From Candidatus Binatia bacterium (lineage in GTDB: Bacteria > Desulfobacterota > Binatia > HRBIN30): 64,000 bases of DNA. Both the position numbers and the translations under genes were made by a program. The DNA lies in contig JBBRSP010000004.1 of assembly GCA_038245295.1 (NCBI GenBank), positions 128,001 through 192,000 on the forward strand. Direction: 5' to 3'. Position 1 is the stretch's first letter. Each line of letters begins with the position of its first letter. A model generated the notes under the pieces. That model was not told the origin of the DNA and searched no databases. It worked only from the letters and a program-made list of their open reading frames with translations. Below, in pieces: positions 19,057-29,933 of the stretch.

Positions 19057-20706
19057 ATGAGAAAGCAGCTCGAGGGAATCATTCAACGTGCTCTGGCCAA
19101 GTGCATTCAGACTGGCCAATTGAAGGAGCAAGACCTACCACCGATCGTCCTGGAAATTCCCAAGGACCCGGCTCTTGGCGATCTAGCTACGCCGATCGCG
19201 ATGGGTATGGCGCGCGAACAGCGCAAAGCACCGCGGGTCATCGCCGAGGCGATTGTCGGCAATTTCGTCGATGAGGATGGCTACGTCGCCAGCACGGAAA
19301 TTGCCGGCCCCGGCTACATCAACGTTCGATTATCGCAACGCTTCTGGAGTCAGTGCCTAACCGACATCGAAGGTACCGACTTTGGCCGTATCGAGCTTGG
19401 CGGCGGCAAACGTGTCATGGTCGAGTTCGTCAGCGCCAATCCCACGGGCCCCCTGACGGTGGGCCACGGTCGCAACGCCGTTCTGGGTGATGCCATCGCC
19501 CGCCTTTTTGAGGCGGCCGGCTATGACGTGACCCGCGAATACTACTTCAACAACGCCGGGCGGCAGATGAAGATGCTCGGCGAGTCGGTGCGGTCGCGAT
19601 ACCTTGAGCAGCTCGGGTTGCCGACAACGTTTCCCGAGGATGGCTACCAGGGGGCTTATATCCGTGACATCGCCGCCGCGCTGATCACCGAACATGGCGA
19701 CAAGTTGCGCGATCAGCCGGCCGAAGGCCCCTTCAAGGATGCCGGCGAACGGGAGATCTTCAAAGACATCGAGCGCACCCTGGGTCGCATGGCGATTCAC
19801 TTCGACGTCTACTTCAACGAGGACACACTGTACTCCGGTGGTCAGGTGAAGAGTGTACTCGAAGATCTGCGTGCCAAGGACCTCGCCTTCGATCAAGACG
19901 GCGCCGTGTGGATGCGCGGCGAGGCGCTTGGGCTCGGCAAGGACCGCGTGCTGGTGAAATCGAGCGGTGAACCCGCCTATCGCCTGCCGGACATCGCCTA
20001 TCACTGCAACAAGTTCGGCCGTAACTTCGACAAGATCGTCGACGTATTGGGAGCCGACCATATCGCCGAGCACGAAGACGTGCGGGCCGCCTTGCGAGCC
20101 CTGGGCTTCGATGTCGAGCGCCTCAAAGCCATCATCTACCAGTTCGTCACGCTGACGCGCGGCGGTGAGCAGGTAAAAATGTCGACGCGGCGGGCCGAAT
20201 ATGTGACCGTCGACGAGTTGTTGGACGAAGTCGGCACCGACGCGGTGCGTTTTTTCTTCCTGACGCGCAAGTCGGATAGTCACCTCGAGTTCGACCTCGA
20301 GCTGGCCAAGAAACAATCCGCCGACAACCCGGTCTTCTACGTTCAATACGCCCACGCCAGGGTTTGCAGCATGTTCCGCAAAGCCGCCGAGGCGGGCGTT
20401 CAGCGTCTGCCGGCGGGGCAATCACACCTCGATACCCTGAGTGCGCCCGAAGAGGTCGCTGTCGTCAAGCTGCTGGCGCAGTATACCGACGAGGTCGAAG
20501 AGGCGGCTTTGCTCATCGAGCCGCACCGCGTGGTTTTCCACCTGATCGAGCTCGCCAGTGAGTTTCATCGATTCTACAATCGACACCGGGTCCTCACCGA
20601 GGACACCGAGCGAACCCAGGCTCGCCTCTATCTGACGTGGGCCGTGGGCGAGGTTTTGAAGAAGGGACTGTCGTTGCTCGGGGTCAGCGCCCCAGAAACG
20701 ATGTAG
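19057..20706 (+). CDS. argS: Arginine--tRNA ligase
   Basis: Motifs VEFVSANPTGPL, GADH, KMSTR and NPVFYVQYAHAR; C-terminal GVSAPETM. Confidence 0.96.
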   Translation: MRKQLEGIIQRALAKCIQTGQLKEQDLPPIVLEIPKDPALGDLATPIAMGMAREQRKAPRVIAEAIVGNFVDEDGYVASTEIAGPGYINVRLSQRFWSQCLTDIEGTDFGRIELGGGKRVMVEFVSANPTGPLTVGHGRNAVLGDAIARLFEAAGYDVTREYYFNNAGRQMKMLGESVRSRYLEQLGLPTTFPEDGYQGAYIRDIAAALITEHGDKLRDQPAEGPFKDAGEREIFKDIERTLGRMAIHFDVYFNEDTLYSGGQVKSVLEDLRAKDLAFDQDGAVWMRGEALGLGKDRVLVKSSGEPAYRLPDIAYHCNKFGRNFDKIVDVLGADHIAEHEDVRAALRALGFDVERLKAIIYQFVTLTRGGEQVKMSTRRAEYVTVDELLDEVGTDAVRFFFLTRKSDSHLEFDLELAKKQSADNPVFYVQYAHARVCSMFRKAAEAGVQRLPAGQSHLDTLSAPEEVAVVKLLAQYTDEVEEAALLIEPHRVVFHLIELASEFHRFYNRHRVLTEDTERTQARLYLTWAVGEVLKKGLSLLGVSAPETM

Positions 20707-20713
20707 GCGATAT

Positions 20714-21406
20714 ATGCGACGACTCGGATCGGCTGGAATGAGCTACACGCAGGTCTTCCTGCTCGTCGTGGGCTTCGGCCTGGCTTCCGCGTTCATCTTC
20801 CTTTTTGGCATGTGGGTCGGTCGCGACGTCGCCGAGCGCCGCCTGGCGCAGGAAGAGCGGGTCGTACGTCAACCTGTGACGGCTCAGCCGGCAGCCGAGG
20901 AACTGCCACACGAAGGTGAAGTCGACCGGGCGTTCTACGAACGCCTCAAGGACAAGGCAGCACAGCACTTCAGTGAGACGGCCAAGATTGAACCGACTGC
21001 CACCAATACCGTGGTTGCCAGTGTAACGCCTCGTCCGAGCCTGGCCGCCACCCGAGTGCCGGCCACCCGCACGCCGGCGTTGCAGGCAACGGTGGCCATT
21101 GCCACCACACCGCGCCCTCGCTCGACGCCAACGGCGCATACGGCTGCCGCAAGCGGTGATGAGTGGGCTGACGCGGGATGGACCGTCCAGGTTTTCGCAT
21201 CGCCCGATGCCACCGCCGCACGCGAGACCGTCGTGCGATTGCGTTCGCAAGGGTTCGAAGCGTACACCGTGCAGGGTCCGCAGCGCGGCGAAATGGTCTA
21301 CCGAGTACGCGTCGGCCGATTTAGCAACAAGGATCGCGCCAAAGAGATGGAGCAGCGCCTCAAGACCGAAGCGGGGGTCGACGGGGCATACGTGACGCCG
21401 CAGTGA
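20714..21406 (+). CDS. SPOR-domain cell division protein (FtsN/DedD-like)
   Basis: Single N-terminal TM, TP-rich linker and WTVQV...YRVRVGRF; follows argS. Confidence 0.88.
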   Translation: MRRLGSAGMSYTQVFLLVVGFGLASAFIFLFGMWVGRDVAERRLAQEERVVRQPVTAQPAAEELPHEGEVDRAFYERLKDKAAQHFSETAKIEPTATNTVVASVTPRPSLAATRVPATRTPALQATVAIATTPRPRSTPTAHTAAASGDEWADAGWTVQVFASPDATAARETVVRLRSQGFEAYTVQGPQRGEMVYRVRVGRFSNKDRAKEMEQRLKTEAGVDGAYVTPQ

Positions 21407-21418
21407 ATCAGGCGCGCG

Positions 21419-21991
21419 ATGCTCTTGCTCATCGACAACTACGACTCGTTCACGTTCAACCTGATGCAGTATCTGGGTGCGTTGGGCGCCGACGTGCGTG
21501 TTTTTCGAAACGATGCCCTGAGTCTAGCCGACATCGAGGCCCTCAGGCCGGATCACATTGTTCTTTCACCCGGCCCCTGTACCCCGTCCAAGGCGGGCAT
21601 TTGCGTCGATCTCGTGCAGCACTTCGGCGCGATCGTTCCCATTTTGGGCGTCTGCCTTGGACACCAATGCATCGGTGCCGCGTTTGGCGGTAGCGTCGTC
21701 CGAGCGCCACGGTTGATGCACGGAAAGACCTCGTCGGTACAGCACGATGGCCGGACCATCTTTGCCGACTTGCCCCCAACCATCGACGCGATGCGTTACC
21801 ACTCGCTGGTTCTGGAGGCGGCGACGCTTCCACCATGCCTAGAGGTGAGCGCGTGGACGGCGGAAGGCGAAATCATGGGAGTCCGGCATCAGTCGTTGCC
21901 GATCGAGGGCATTCAGTTCCATCCCGAATCCATCCTGACGCCACAGGGCAAGCAGATCCTCGCGTCGTTTCTGGCGGCGTCGCGCAACTGA
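21419..21991 (+). CDS. trpG: Anthranilate/aminodeoxychorismate synthase component II
   Basis: Motifs IDNYDSFT, SPGP, GVCLGHQ and QFHPES. Confidence 0.93.
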   Translation: MLLLIDNYDSFTFNLMQYLGALGADVRVFRNDALSLADIEALRPDHIVLSPGPCTPSKAGICVDLVQHFGAIVPILGVCLGHQCIGAAFGGSVVRAPRLMHGKTSSVQHDGRTIFADLPPTIDAMRYHSLVLEAATLPPCLEVSAWTAEGEIMGVRHQSLPIEGIQFHPESILTPQGKQILASFLAASRN

Positions 21992-21999
21992 GGCACGAC

Positions 22000-23013
22000 G
22001 TGGACCTCAAGCAAGCAATCGCGCGCGTCAGCCATGGCGAATCCCTCAGTTCCGCAGAAATCCGCGGTGTCATGCAGATCATCATGCGTGGTGAAGCGAC
22101 CGCAGCTCAGATCGGCGGGCTGCTGGTCGCCTTGCACGCAAAGGGGGAGACGGTCGAGGAAATCATCGGCGCCGCCCTCGCCATGCGTGATGCGTCGACG
22201 CGTATCCGTCCCGGAGTACACCCGCTGACCGACACCTGCGGCACCGGCGGCGACGGTCAGAACACCTTCAACATCTCGACAGCGGCTGCCCTCGTCGCCG
22301 CCGGGGCCGGCGTGAAGATTGCCAAACACGGCAATCGGGCCATGTCGGGCACAGTTGGTGGAGCCGACGTCCTGGAGAGACTCGGCGTGTGTATCGACCT
22401 TACCCCCGAGCAGGTCGCCGTCTGTATCGACAGCGTCGGCATCGGATTTCTCTTCGCCCAGACCTTCCATCCGTCGATGCGCCACGTCGCCGCAGCGCGC
22501 CGCGAGCTCGGCGTGCGCACCTTGTTCAACCTACTCGGACCGCTGTCCAATCCCGCCGGCGCCACCCGCCAGGTCGTCGGCACCTTCGCCGAACGTTGGG
22601 TTACGCCATTGGCCCAGGCTCTGGGCGAGCTGGGTGCAGAGCATGCCCTGGTCGTACACTCGGAAGACGGGCTCGACGAAATCGCCCTGTCCGCGGCAAC
22701 GGCGGTCAGCGAATGGAAAGCGGGAGCGCTGAGCCAGTTCGTCTTGCGACCGGAGGATTTCGGTCTCGCGCGATGCGCCTTGGCCGATCTTGTCGTGACC
22801 GATGTGGCGGACTCGGCGCGCCGTATCCACGATGTTCTAAACGGCACGCCTGGGCCGCACCGAGATGTCGTGCTACTCAATGCGGCGGCGGTGATCTACG
22901 TCGCCGGTTTGGCAAATACGATCGAAGAAGGTCTCGGCGCGGCGCGTGCGGCGATCGATTCGGGACGGGCTCGCAAGACACTGGAACTCCTGGCGGCATT
23001 TTCACAGCAATGA
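22000..23013 (+). CDS. trpD: Anthranilate phosphoribosyltransferase
   Basis: Motifs DTCGTGGDG, NIST, KHGNR and DGLDE; GTG start. Confidence 0.95.
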   Translation: MDLKQAIARVSHGESLSSAEIRGVMQIIMRGEATAAQIGGLLVALHAKGETVEEIIGAALAMRDASTRIRPGVHPLTDTCGTGGDGQNTFNISTAAALVAAGAGVKIAKHGNRAMSGTVGGADVLERLGVCIDLTPEQVAVCIDSVGIGFLFAQTFHPSMRHVAAARRELGVRTLFNLLGPLSNPAGATRQVVGTFAERWVTPLAQALGELGAEHALVVHSEDGLDEIALSAATAVSEWKAGALSQFVLRPEDFGLARCALADLVVTDVADSARRIHDVLNGTPGPHRDVVLLNAAAVIYVAGLANTIEEGLGAARAAIDSGRARKTLELLAAFSQQ

Positions 23014-23792
23014 TTCTCGACGACATCCTGCGTGACAAGGCGATTGATCTCGTGCCGGCCAAGGCCGCTGCGACGACTACCGACCTTCAGCAACGGCCGC
23101 TGTTCCGGGCGGCCCGCCGGCCATTTGTCGAGGCGCTGCAGCGTCGAGAACGTGCCGTCATCGCCGAAGTGAAGAAGGCATCACCGTCCAAAGGCGTCAT
23201 CCGCGCGGATTTTGACCCGGTCGCCATTGCGAAATCCTATGCGCGTGGCGGAGCGACGGCAATCTCGGTGCTGACCGAGGAGCGCTATTTCCAAGGCCAT
23301 CTCAACTACCTCGCGGCGATTCGCGCCGCGGTGGATATTCCGCTGCTGCGCAAAGATTTTCTATTCGATCCGTACCAACTGTACGAAGCGCGTGCGTATG
23401 GGGCCGATGCGATTCTGCTGATCGTCGCGGCATTGGAAGACAAGCGACTGGCGGAACTCTTGTGGCTCGCCGAAGAGCTGAATCTCGCGGCGCTGGTCGA
23501 AGTCCATGATGCCGACGAATTGCAACGCGCCTTGGCGGTTGGCGCGCGCCTCATCGGCATCAACAACCGGGATCTGCGGACATTCCACACGACCCTCGAG
23601 GTCAGCGAACAACTCGTGAGGCAAATTCCATCCGGCATCCTCGTCGTCGGCGAGAGCGGCATCAACTCATCCGCCGACGTCGAGAGATTGGAGCGCGCCG
23701 GAATTCACGTTTTTCTGATCGGCGAATCCCTGATGAGATTCCCCGATCCGGGTACCAGGCTGCACGAGCTGCTCGTCGGAAACGCGTCGTAA
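23010..23792 (+). CDS. trpC: Indole-3-glycerol phosphate synthase
   Basis: Motifs IAEVKKASPSKG, LRKDF and GINNRDL; ATGA overlap with trpD. Confidence 0.96.
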   Translation: MILDDILRDKAIDLVPAKAAATTTDLQQRPLFRAARRPFVEALQRRERAVIAEVKKASPSKGVIRADFDPVAIAKSYARGGATAISVLTEERYFQGHLNYLAAIRAAVDIPLLRKDFLFDPYQLYEARAYGADAILLIVAALEDKRLAELLWLAEELNLAALVEVHDADELQRALAVGARLIGINNRDLRTFHTTLEVSEQLVRQIPSGILVVGESGINSSADVERLERAGIHVFLIGESLMRFPDPGTRLHELLVGNAS

Positions 23793-23797
23793 GCCAC

Positions 23798-24412
23798 ATG
23801 CCCGTCCCGTTGGTGAAGATTTGCGGCATCACCAATGCCGCTGACGCCGAGGCGGCGGTTGCTGCCGGTGCCGGCATGCTCGGCTTCAACTTCTATCCAA
23901 AAAGCCCGCGGTACATCGAACCGGAAGCGGCGCGCGTGATTATCGAGGTCATGCCCGCACACGTCATTCCGGTAGGCCTTTTTGTGGATGAACCGGCAGC
24001 GCGAGTCGGGGCGTTCGCCGCGATCGCCGGTGTTCGGGTGTTGCAGTTCCATGGCGTCGAAGATCAGGCATACTGCGATGAGTTTGCGTGTCCGGTGATC
24101 AAGGCTGTGCGCCTGCGTGATGCGGCCTCCGTGCAGACGGCCTTGGGGTACCGGGTGAAATACCTGCTGGCCGATGCATACGTCGAGGGTCAGATCGGTG
24201 GAACAGGTCGCAAGATCGACCTGGACCTTCTCGACGCTGTGCCGCGCGAGAATCTGATTCTGGCAGGTGGATTGACGCCAGAGAATGTGACCGCCGCCGT
24301 GCGCTTGATCCGTCCGTACGCCGTTGATGTAGCCAGCGGGGTTGAGCTCGAGCCCGGCCGCAAGGATCACGAAAAGATGGGGAGGTTTATCGCCAATGTA
24401 CTCGCTGCCTGA
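23798..24412 (+). CDS. trpF: Phosphoribosylanthranilate isomerase
   Basis: Motifs VKICGIT, SPRY, GGTG, LAGGL and VDVASGVE. Confidence 0.95.
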   Translation: MPVPLVKICGITNAADAEAAVAAGAGMLGFNFYPKSPRYIEPEAARVIIEVMPAHVIPVGLFVDEPAARVGAFAAIAGVRVLQFHGVEDQAYCDEFACPVIKAVRLRDAASVQTALGYRVKYLLADAYVEGQIGGTGRKIDLDLLDAVPRENLILAGGLTPENVTAAVRLIRPYAVDVASGVELEPGRKDHEKMGRFIANVLAA

Positions 24413-25589
24413 TCAGCATGGCCATTTCGGGATCTTTGGCGGGCGTTATGTCGCTGAAACCCTCATGCCGGCTCTGATTGAGTTGGAATCGGCGTATCGC
24501 AAGTTGCGGCGTGATGCCGGCTTCCAGAAGGAGTTGGCCACCTACTTACGCGACTACGTCGGACGGCCGACACCTCTGTACTTCGCGGAACGGCTCACCG
24601 AGCGCCTCGGCGGCGCCAAGATCTATCTCAAGCGCGAAGACCTTTGTCACACGGGTTCACACAAACTCAACAACGCGTTGGGGCAGGTGCTGTTGGCCCG
24701 CCGCATGGGCAAGAAGCGCCTGATTGCCGAAACCGGTGCCGGGCAACACGGCGTAGCCACGGCGACGGCGGCGGCGCTGTTTGGGCTCGACTGCGAAGTC
24801 TTCATGGGGAAAGAGGATGTACACCGCCAGTCGCTCAACGTCTTCCGAATGAAGTTGTTGGGCGCGCAGGTGCGACCGGTGACATCCGGCAGCGAGACAC
24901 TGAAGGACGCCATCAACGAAGCGCTGCGCGACTGGGTCACCAACGTCGAGAGCACCTATTACGTCGTCGGCTCCACCATGTCGGCGCATCCCTACCCCAT
25001 GATCGTGCGCGATTTTCAGTCGGTAATCGGCAAGGAGTCGCGGCGCCAGATCCTCAAGATTGCCGGACGATTGCCCGACTACCTCATCGCCTGTGTCGGC
25101 GGCGGCAGCAACGCCATGGGTCTGTTCTACCCGTTCATCAAAGACGCCAGCGTCAAGATGATCGGCGTGGAGGCAGGCGGTGAAGGCATCGCGACGGGCA
25201 AACACTCGGCATCGATCAGCGCCGGCAGCGTCGGCGTTTTGCACGGCAAGAAAACCTTCATCCTCCAGGACGAGTTGGGACAGATTCGACCGGCGCACTC
25301 GATCTCAGCCGGGCTCGACTATCCCGGCGTTGGTCCGGAGCACTCGTATCTCCACGATACCGGGCGGGCCGAATACGTTTCGGCCACCGATCAGGAAGCA
25401 ATCGACGGGCTCAAGCTGTTGACGGAGAGTGAAGGGGTGATTCCGGCGATCGAGAGCGCCCATGCCATCGCCCACGTGATGAAGTTGGCCCCCACTCTCG
25501 ACCGCGATCAAATCCTCGTCGTGAACTTGTCCGGCCGTGGCGACAAAGACATGAATACGGTTGCCGAGTATCTCGGCGTATCCCTTTAA
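24396..25589 (+). CDS. trpB: Tryptophan synthase beta chain
   Basis: Motifs [32 protein letters not shown] and NLSGRGDKD. Confidence 0.97.
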   Translation: MYSLPDQHGHFGIFGGRYVAETLMPALIELESAYRKLRRDAGFQKELATYLRDYVGRPTPLYFAERLTERLGGAKIYLKREDLCHTGSHKLNNALGQVLLARRMGKKRLIAETGAGQHGVATATAAALFGLDCEVFMGKEDVHRQSLNVFRMKLLGAQVRPVTSGSETLKDAINEALRDWVTNVESTYYVVGSTMSAHPYPMIVRDFQSVIGKESRRQILKIAGRLPDYLIACVGGGSNAMGLFYPFIKDASVKMIGVEAGGEGIATGKHSASISAGSVGVLHGKKTFILQDELGQIRPAHSISAGLDYPGVGPEHSYLHDTGRAEYVSATDQEAIDGLKLLTESEGVIPAIESAHAIAHVMKLAPTLDRDQILVVNLSGRGDKDMNTVAEYLGVSL

Positions 25590-25594
25590 GGTGA

Positions 25595-26404
25595 ATGATG
25601 AATCGTCTTGATGCCCTATTTTCTCGCTTGAAGGATAAGAATGAAGCCGCGTTGGTCGCCTTCCTGACACTCGGCGATCCCGATTTGGCAACCACGGCGG
25701 CGCTGGTCCGCGCCGTGATCGAAAACGGCGCCGACATCGTCGAGATCGGCGTGCCGTTCTCCGATCCGACCGCCGACGGTCCGGTGCTGCAGAAGGCGAG
25801 CGAGATCGGCCTGCGCCAGGGCGCTTCGTTGAATCGCGCCCTGGAGATGGTCGCCGAGTTACGTCGCGACTCCGAGACACCAATCGTTCTGTACGGATAC
25901 TACAACCCGATCTTCCATTACGGCACGGAGCGTTTCGCCCGCGACGCCAAACAGGCCGGCATCGACGGGTTGCTGGTCGTCGATCTGCCACCCGATGAAG
26001 CGGGCGAATTGTTGCAATGGACGAAGCCCGAAGGTGTGCACTTTGTGTGTTTGCTGGCCCCGACCAGCAACGAAGCGCGCGTCCGCAAGGTCGTCCGTCA
26101 CGCCGCCGGGTTCATCTACTACGTCTCGGTGGTCGGGGTGACCGGGGTCCGGCCGATGCAGGCCGACAGCGTGCGGCCGGCCATCGAAAAGCTGCGCCGG
26201 GCAACAAAGGTCCCGATCGGGGTTGGCTTTGGCATTACGACGCCCGAGCAAGCCAAAGAGGTGGCGGCGTTTGCCGATGCAGCCGTTGTCGGCACAGCGA
26301 TCATGCGCATCGTCGATCAACATCGGAGTGAGCCCACGGTTGCCCTCGCTGAGGTTGGTAAGTTTGTGCGTGGCCTCAAGGACGCGATGCGCACGGCGCG
26401 CTGA
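25595..26404 (+). CDS. trpA: Tryptophan synthase alpha chain
   Basis: Motifs EIGVPFSDPTADGP, YYNP, GVTG and VGFGI. Confidence 0.97.
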   Translation: MMNRLDALFSRLKDKNEAALVAFLTLGDPDLATTAALVRAVIENGADIVEIGVPFSDPTADGPVLQKASEIGLRQGASLNRALEMVAELRRDSETPIVLYGYYNPIFHYGTERFARDAKQAGIDGLLVVDLPPDEAGELLQWTKPEGVHFVCLLAPTSNEARVRKVVRHAAGFIYYVSVVGVTGVRPMQADSVRPAIEKLRRATKVPIGVGFGITTPEQAKEVAAFADAAVVGTAIMRIVDQHRSEPTVALAEVGKFVRGLKDAMRTAR

Positions 26405-26410
26405 TCCAGA

Positions 26411-27694
26411 GTGATTTCTCTCGGCAACACGTACACGGAGGTCCTGCGGGCGCTTTACGCGCTCGAGGCACGACGCGGCATGGACCTTACTCTCGGTCGC
26501 ACGCGGACGGTGCTCGAGGCGCTGGGGAACCCGCAGAATCGCTTCGCGTCGATCCACATTGCGGGAACCAACGGCAAGGGATCCGTGGCTGCCATGCTGC
26601 ACGCCATGGCCCTGGCGGCGGGTTTCAAGACGGCCCTGTACACCTCGCCGCATCTGGTCAACTTCACCGAGCGCATCCGTGTCGGCTGGAGCGAGGTCGA
26701 CGAAGCGTCGATCGTAATGTTGGCCAATGAGGTCGTGGCCGCTGCCTCGGACATCAATGTCGACCTGACGTTTTTCGAAGTGACGACAATCATGGCGTTC
26801 TTACAGTTCGCCCGCTCCGGGGTTGAGCTTGCCGTAGTTGAGACCGGTCTGGGTGGACGCTTTGATGCGACGAACGTAATCGACCCGGTGGTCTCGATCA
26901 TCACCAGTATCGGCTTCGACCATGAAGAGTTCCTCGGGACTGATCTCGCTTCGATCGCATTCGAGAAGAGCGGCATCATCAAAACCCGACGGCCCGTTGT
27001 AACCGGTGTTCTGCCTGAGGCAGCCCGGATGGTCGTGGAAGATATCGCCATCCAACACCAGGCGCCGCTTGTCGTGGCCAAAGATCTCGGTGATCACGAT
27101 GTGCCTGTCGCGTTGCGCGGGTTGTACCAGCGGAGCAATGCGGCCATCGCGACGGTCGCGGCGGGGTTGCTGCCCAGCCCTTGGCAGCTCGCTGTGTCGG
27201 ACATCCGCGCCGGCCTTGCCTCTGCCGTATGGCCGGGACGCCTGGCAATCATCGAACGCGAGCCCCTGTTGATCCTCGACGGCGCCCACAATCCAGACGG
27301 GGTGGCGCAACTGTGCGCCGAGGTGCCTCGCCTAGCAGGTCAACGCCGACTCCATCTTCTGTTTTCCGTGATGCGCGACAAGCGCTGGAGGGAGATGGTC
27401 GCGGCCTTGGCCGGCGTCGTCAGCAGCGTGACCGTCACCTCCGCATCGCCCAATCGGGCCGCCGATGTGGACGAGGTCGCTCGCGCCTTCGCCTCGAAGG
27501 GTATCGCGGCGGCGACAGAAAGGGATCCGGCGGTGGCATTTCGTCATCTATCGGCGAGCGTCGATCGTCACGACGGAATCCTTGTCGCGGGTTCCCTGTT
27601 CCTCGTAGGGGCGATCTATCGTCTTTTGTTGAAGGATATAGGGCGCGAACGGCTGTTCGACGCGGCTCACGGATTGCATCCTTTGGTGTGCTAG
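26411..27694 (+). CDS. folC: Folylpolyglutamate synthase / dihydrofolate synthase
   Basis: Motifs HIAGTNGKGS, YTSPHL, ETGLGGRFDATN and DGAHN. Confidence 0.95.
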   Translation: MISLGNTYTEVLRALYALEARRGMDLTLGRTRTVLEALGNPQNRFASIHIAGTNGKGSVAAMLHAMALAAGFKTALYTSPHLVNFTERIRVGWSEVDEASIVMLANEVVAAASDINVDLTFFEVTTIMAFLQFARSGVELAVVETGLGGRFDATNVIDPVVSIITSIGFDHEEFLGTDLASIAFEKSGIIKTRRPVVTGVLPEAARMVVEDIAIQHQAPLVVAKDLGDHDVPVALRGLYQRSNAAIATVAAGLLPSPWQLAVSDIRAGLASAVWPGRLAIIEREPLLILDGAHNPDGVAQLCAEVPRLAGQRRLHLLFSVMRDKRWREMVAALAGVVSSVTVTSASPNRAADVDEVARAFASKGIAAATERDPAVAFRHLSASVDRHDGILVAGSLFLVGAIYRLLLKDIGRERLFDAAHGLHPLVC

Positions 27695-27709
27695 GGTCTA
27701 ACGCCCTTG

Positions 27710-29923
27710 ATGCGTGTTGCACTGTTTCTTGCCCTGCTGGCCGCCCTCATCCGGATGGCAGCGGCACAACCTCCAGGTCGCTCGTTCGATGACGACCCCG
27801 AGGTCCACATTGAGGCCGACGAGATCACGTATGACCAGAAGGACAACACCGTAACGGCGCGTGGCTCCGTGCAGGTCCGCCGTGGTGACACAGAATTGCG
27901 CGCCGAGGAAGTCCAGATCAACCGCGCCACCAATGAAGCGGCGGCGCGCGGCGGCGTCAGCCTCGCTGATCCCGAAGGCCTGGCTTTTGCCGACGAGATC
28001 AAGATCAACCTGGACGATGAAACCGGCATACTCCAAGGCGTCTCCTTGCATTCGCGGCGGCTTCAGTACTCTCTGACCGGACGGCGGATCGAGAAGTTGA
28101 GCGGCCAGCAGTACTCGGTCTGCAATGGTCGCTTCACCACGTGCAATTGCGAATCCGGGCGCCAGAGCTGGAGTATCAGCGGCGATCGGCTCGACGTGAC
28201 CCGTGAAGGCTACGGCATTCTCCACGGTGGCACATTCAACATCCTCGATGTCCCTGTGTTGTATTTGCCCCGCGCCGTGTTGCCGATAAGTCGGGAACGC
28301 CAGAGCGGTTTTCTGATGCCGCGTGTCGGCTTATCGAATCGCCGCGGTTTCCAGACGCTACTGCCCTTCTACTGGGCGATCAGCAAGAGTCAGGATGCGA
28401 CGCTCGCCTTCGATGTGGAGACGGCGGCGCGCCTCGGTCTAATCAGCGAGTACCGCTATGCCCTGAGTCGTGGCAACCGCGGAACTCTGAGCCTGTCGTT
28501 TTTCAACGAGCGCATCCGCGGCGCGACGGGAGATACACCAGAGAATCGTTGGAGCCTCCTCGGGCGCCAACGGCTGGATATCTCTGCCGGCGGCTACGCC
28601 TACACCGATGCCTCGTGGGTCGGAGATGACGCGTTCTTCCGCGACATGAATACGTACGCGTTCGAGCACGCGGCCAGTGTGACGCGCCGTACATCGCCCT
28701 ACACCTTGTCGAAGGTCGGTTTGGTACAAGGCTGGGATCATCTCTTCGTGCAGGCAGAAGGCACCTATCGGCAAAACTTGACCGGGGGCGACGCCGAAAC
28801 GCTCCATCCGGCGCCGCGGCTAGATCTGGTTGGCCAAATGCCCATGGGGCCATTCATCGCCGACGGAGCGGCGCAGGTCGTGAACTACGAGCGTGGACGA
28901 GGCACGACCGGAGTGCGGGCCGACATCGCCTCGCGTCTGGCGTATGCCCTCCCACTGCAGGGTTGGGGGCACGGGACGGTAGAAGTAGGAGGGCGCGAAA
29001 CAGCCTATTCCTTGGCCGATCGGGAACTCTCACCGAACGCGCAAACCGCCGGTTCGCCGACAACCTTGACCCGTAACCAGACGCGGGAGACCGGTCACGT
29101 CGGTGCTGAGGTGACGACGTCGCTGAGCCGTGTTTACACGCTGGATCAATCAATGTTGGGCTTCGACAAGTTGAAGCACACCGTCGAGCCGGTCCTCAGC
29201 TATCTCTTTGTGCCCAGCGTCGCCCAGGATGACCTTCCACTGTTCGACGGCGAGGATCGCATCAACCACCGCAACCTCCTGACGTACGGCTTTGTGAGTC
29301 GTTTCATAGGCCGGACAACGACCGAGAACGGTGATTCGGGCATCAACGCCGATCACACACGTGAACTGGCGCGATTCTCCGCCATGCAGAGCTACGATCT
29401 GGATCGGGTAATTCCGGCAGAGCGGGCCAAACACGCGACCGACCACTTGTCCGACATCGATCTCGCCGCCCGCATCAACCCCTCGAAGCATTTCTCGTTT
29501 CGATTGCTGGGGAACTACGATCCTGCCTACAGCGAGTTTCTGGCGGCTCGTGTTGGATTTTTCGCCGAGAGCCCATGGGAAAAAGACGCGAGCGAGATGA
29601 GCCGTCGCCTCGGAACGCATACCGGCATCGGTGTCTCGTATCGATTTCTGGCCAACAACCTGGTGCATGAAGTCGACACCAATCTGGTATTGCGAGTTAC
29701 CGACTGGGCCGGCTTTCTATACGCAACGCGCTACAACGTGGCCGACAACAAGTTCCTCGATAACTTCTTCGGCTTGCGGTTGATCTCGCAGTGCGATTGT
29801 TGGGCCATCGATATCGCGGTGACCAACCGTCACAACCCGGCTGAAACCGAGGTCAGCGCTCAACTGACGCTGGTTGGCCTCAGCTCAAGCCAGCACCAGG
29901 TGCGTCACGCCGTGATGCCATAG
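27710..29923 (+). CDS. lptD: LPS assembly outer-membrane protein LptD
   Basis: Signal peptide, OstA-like N-domain, FTTC and RQSGFLMP motifs, long beta-barrel, C-terminal QCDCW. Confidence 0.85.
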   Translation: MRVALFLALLAALIRMAAAQPPGRSFDDDPEVHIEADEITYDQKDNTVTARGSVQVRRGDTELRAEEVQINRATNEAAARGGVSLADPEGLAFADEIKINLDDETGILQGVSLHSRRLQYSLTGRRIEKLSGQQYSVCNGRFTTCNCESGRQSWSISGDRLDVTREGYGILHGGTFNILDVPVLYLPRAVLPISRERQSGFLMPRVGLSNRRGFQTLLPFYWAISKSQDATLAFDVETAARLGLISEYRYALSRGNRGTLSLSFFNERIRGATGDTPENRWSLLGRQRLDISAGGYAYTDASWVGDDAFFRDMNTYAFEHAASVTRRTSPYTLSKVGLVQGWDHLFVQAEGTYRQNLTGGDAETLHPAPRLDLVGQMPMGPFIADGAAQVVNYERGRGTTGVRADIASRLAYALPLQGWGHGTVEVGGRETAYSLADRELSPNAQTAGSPTTLTRNQTRETGHVGAEVTTSLSRVYTLDQSMLGFDKLKHTVEPVLSYLFVPSVAQDDLPLFDGEDRINHRNLLTYGFVSRFIGRTTTENGDSGINADHTRELARFSAMQSYDLDRVIPAERAKHATDHLSDIDLAARINPSKHFSFRLLGNYDPAYSEFLAARVGFFAESPWEKDASEMSRRLGTHTGIGVSYRFLANNLVHEVDTNLVLRVTDWAGFLYATRYNVADNKFLDNFFGLRLISQCDCWAIDIAVTNRHNPAETEVSAQLTLVGLSSSQHQVRHAVMP

Positions 29924-29933
29924 TCGACTCGGA

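Noticed and set aside
22389..23009. Long N-terminal extension of TrpC in the ORF track
   Set aside because: It is an off-frame overlap of trpD; the real start is the ATGA overlap at 23010.
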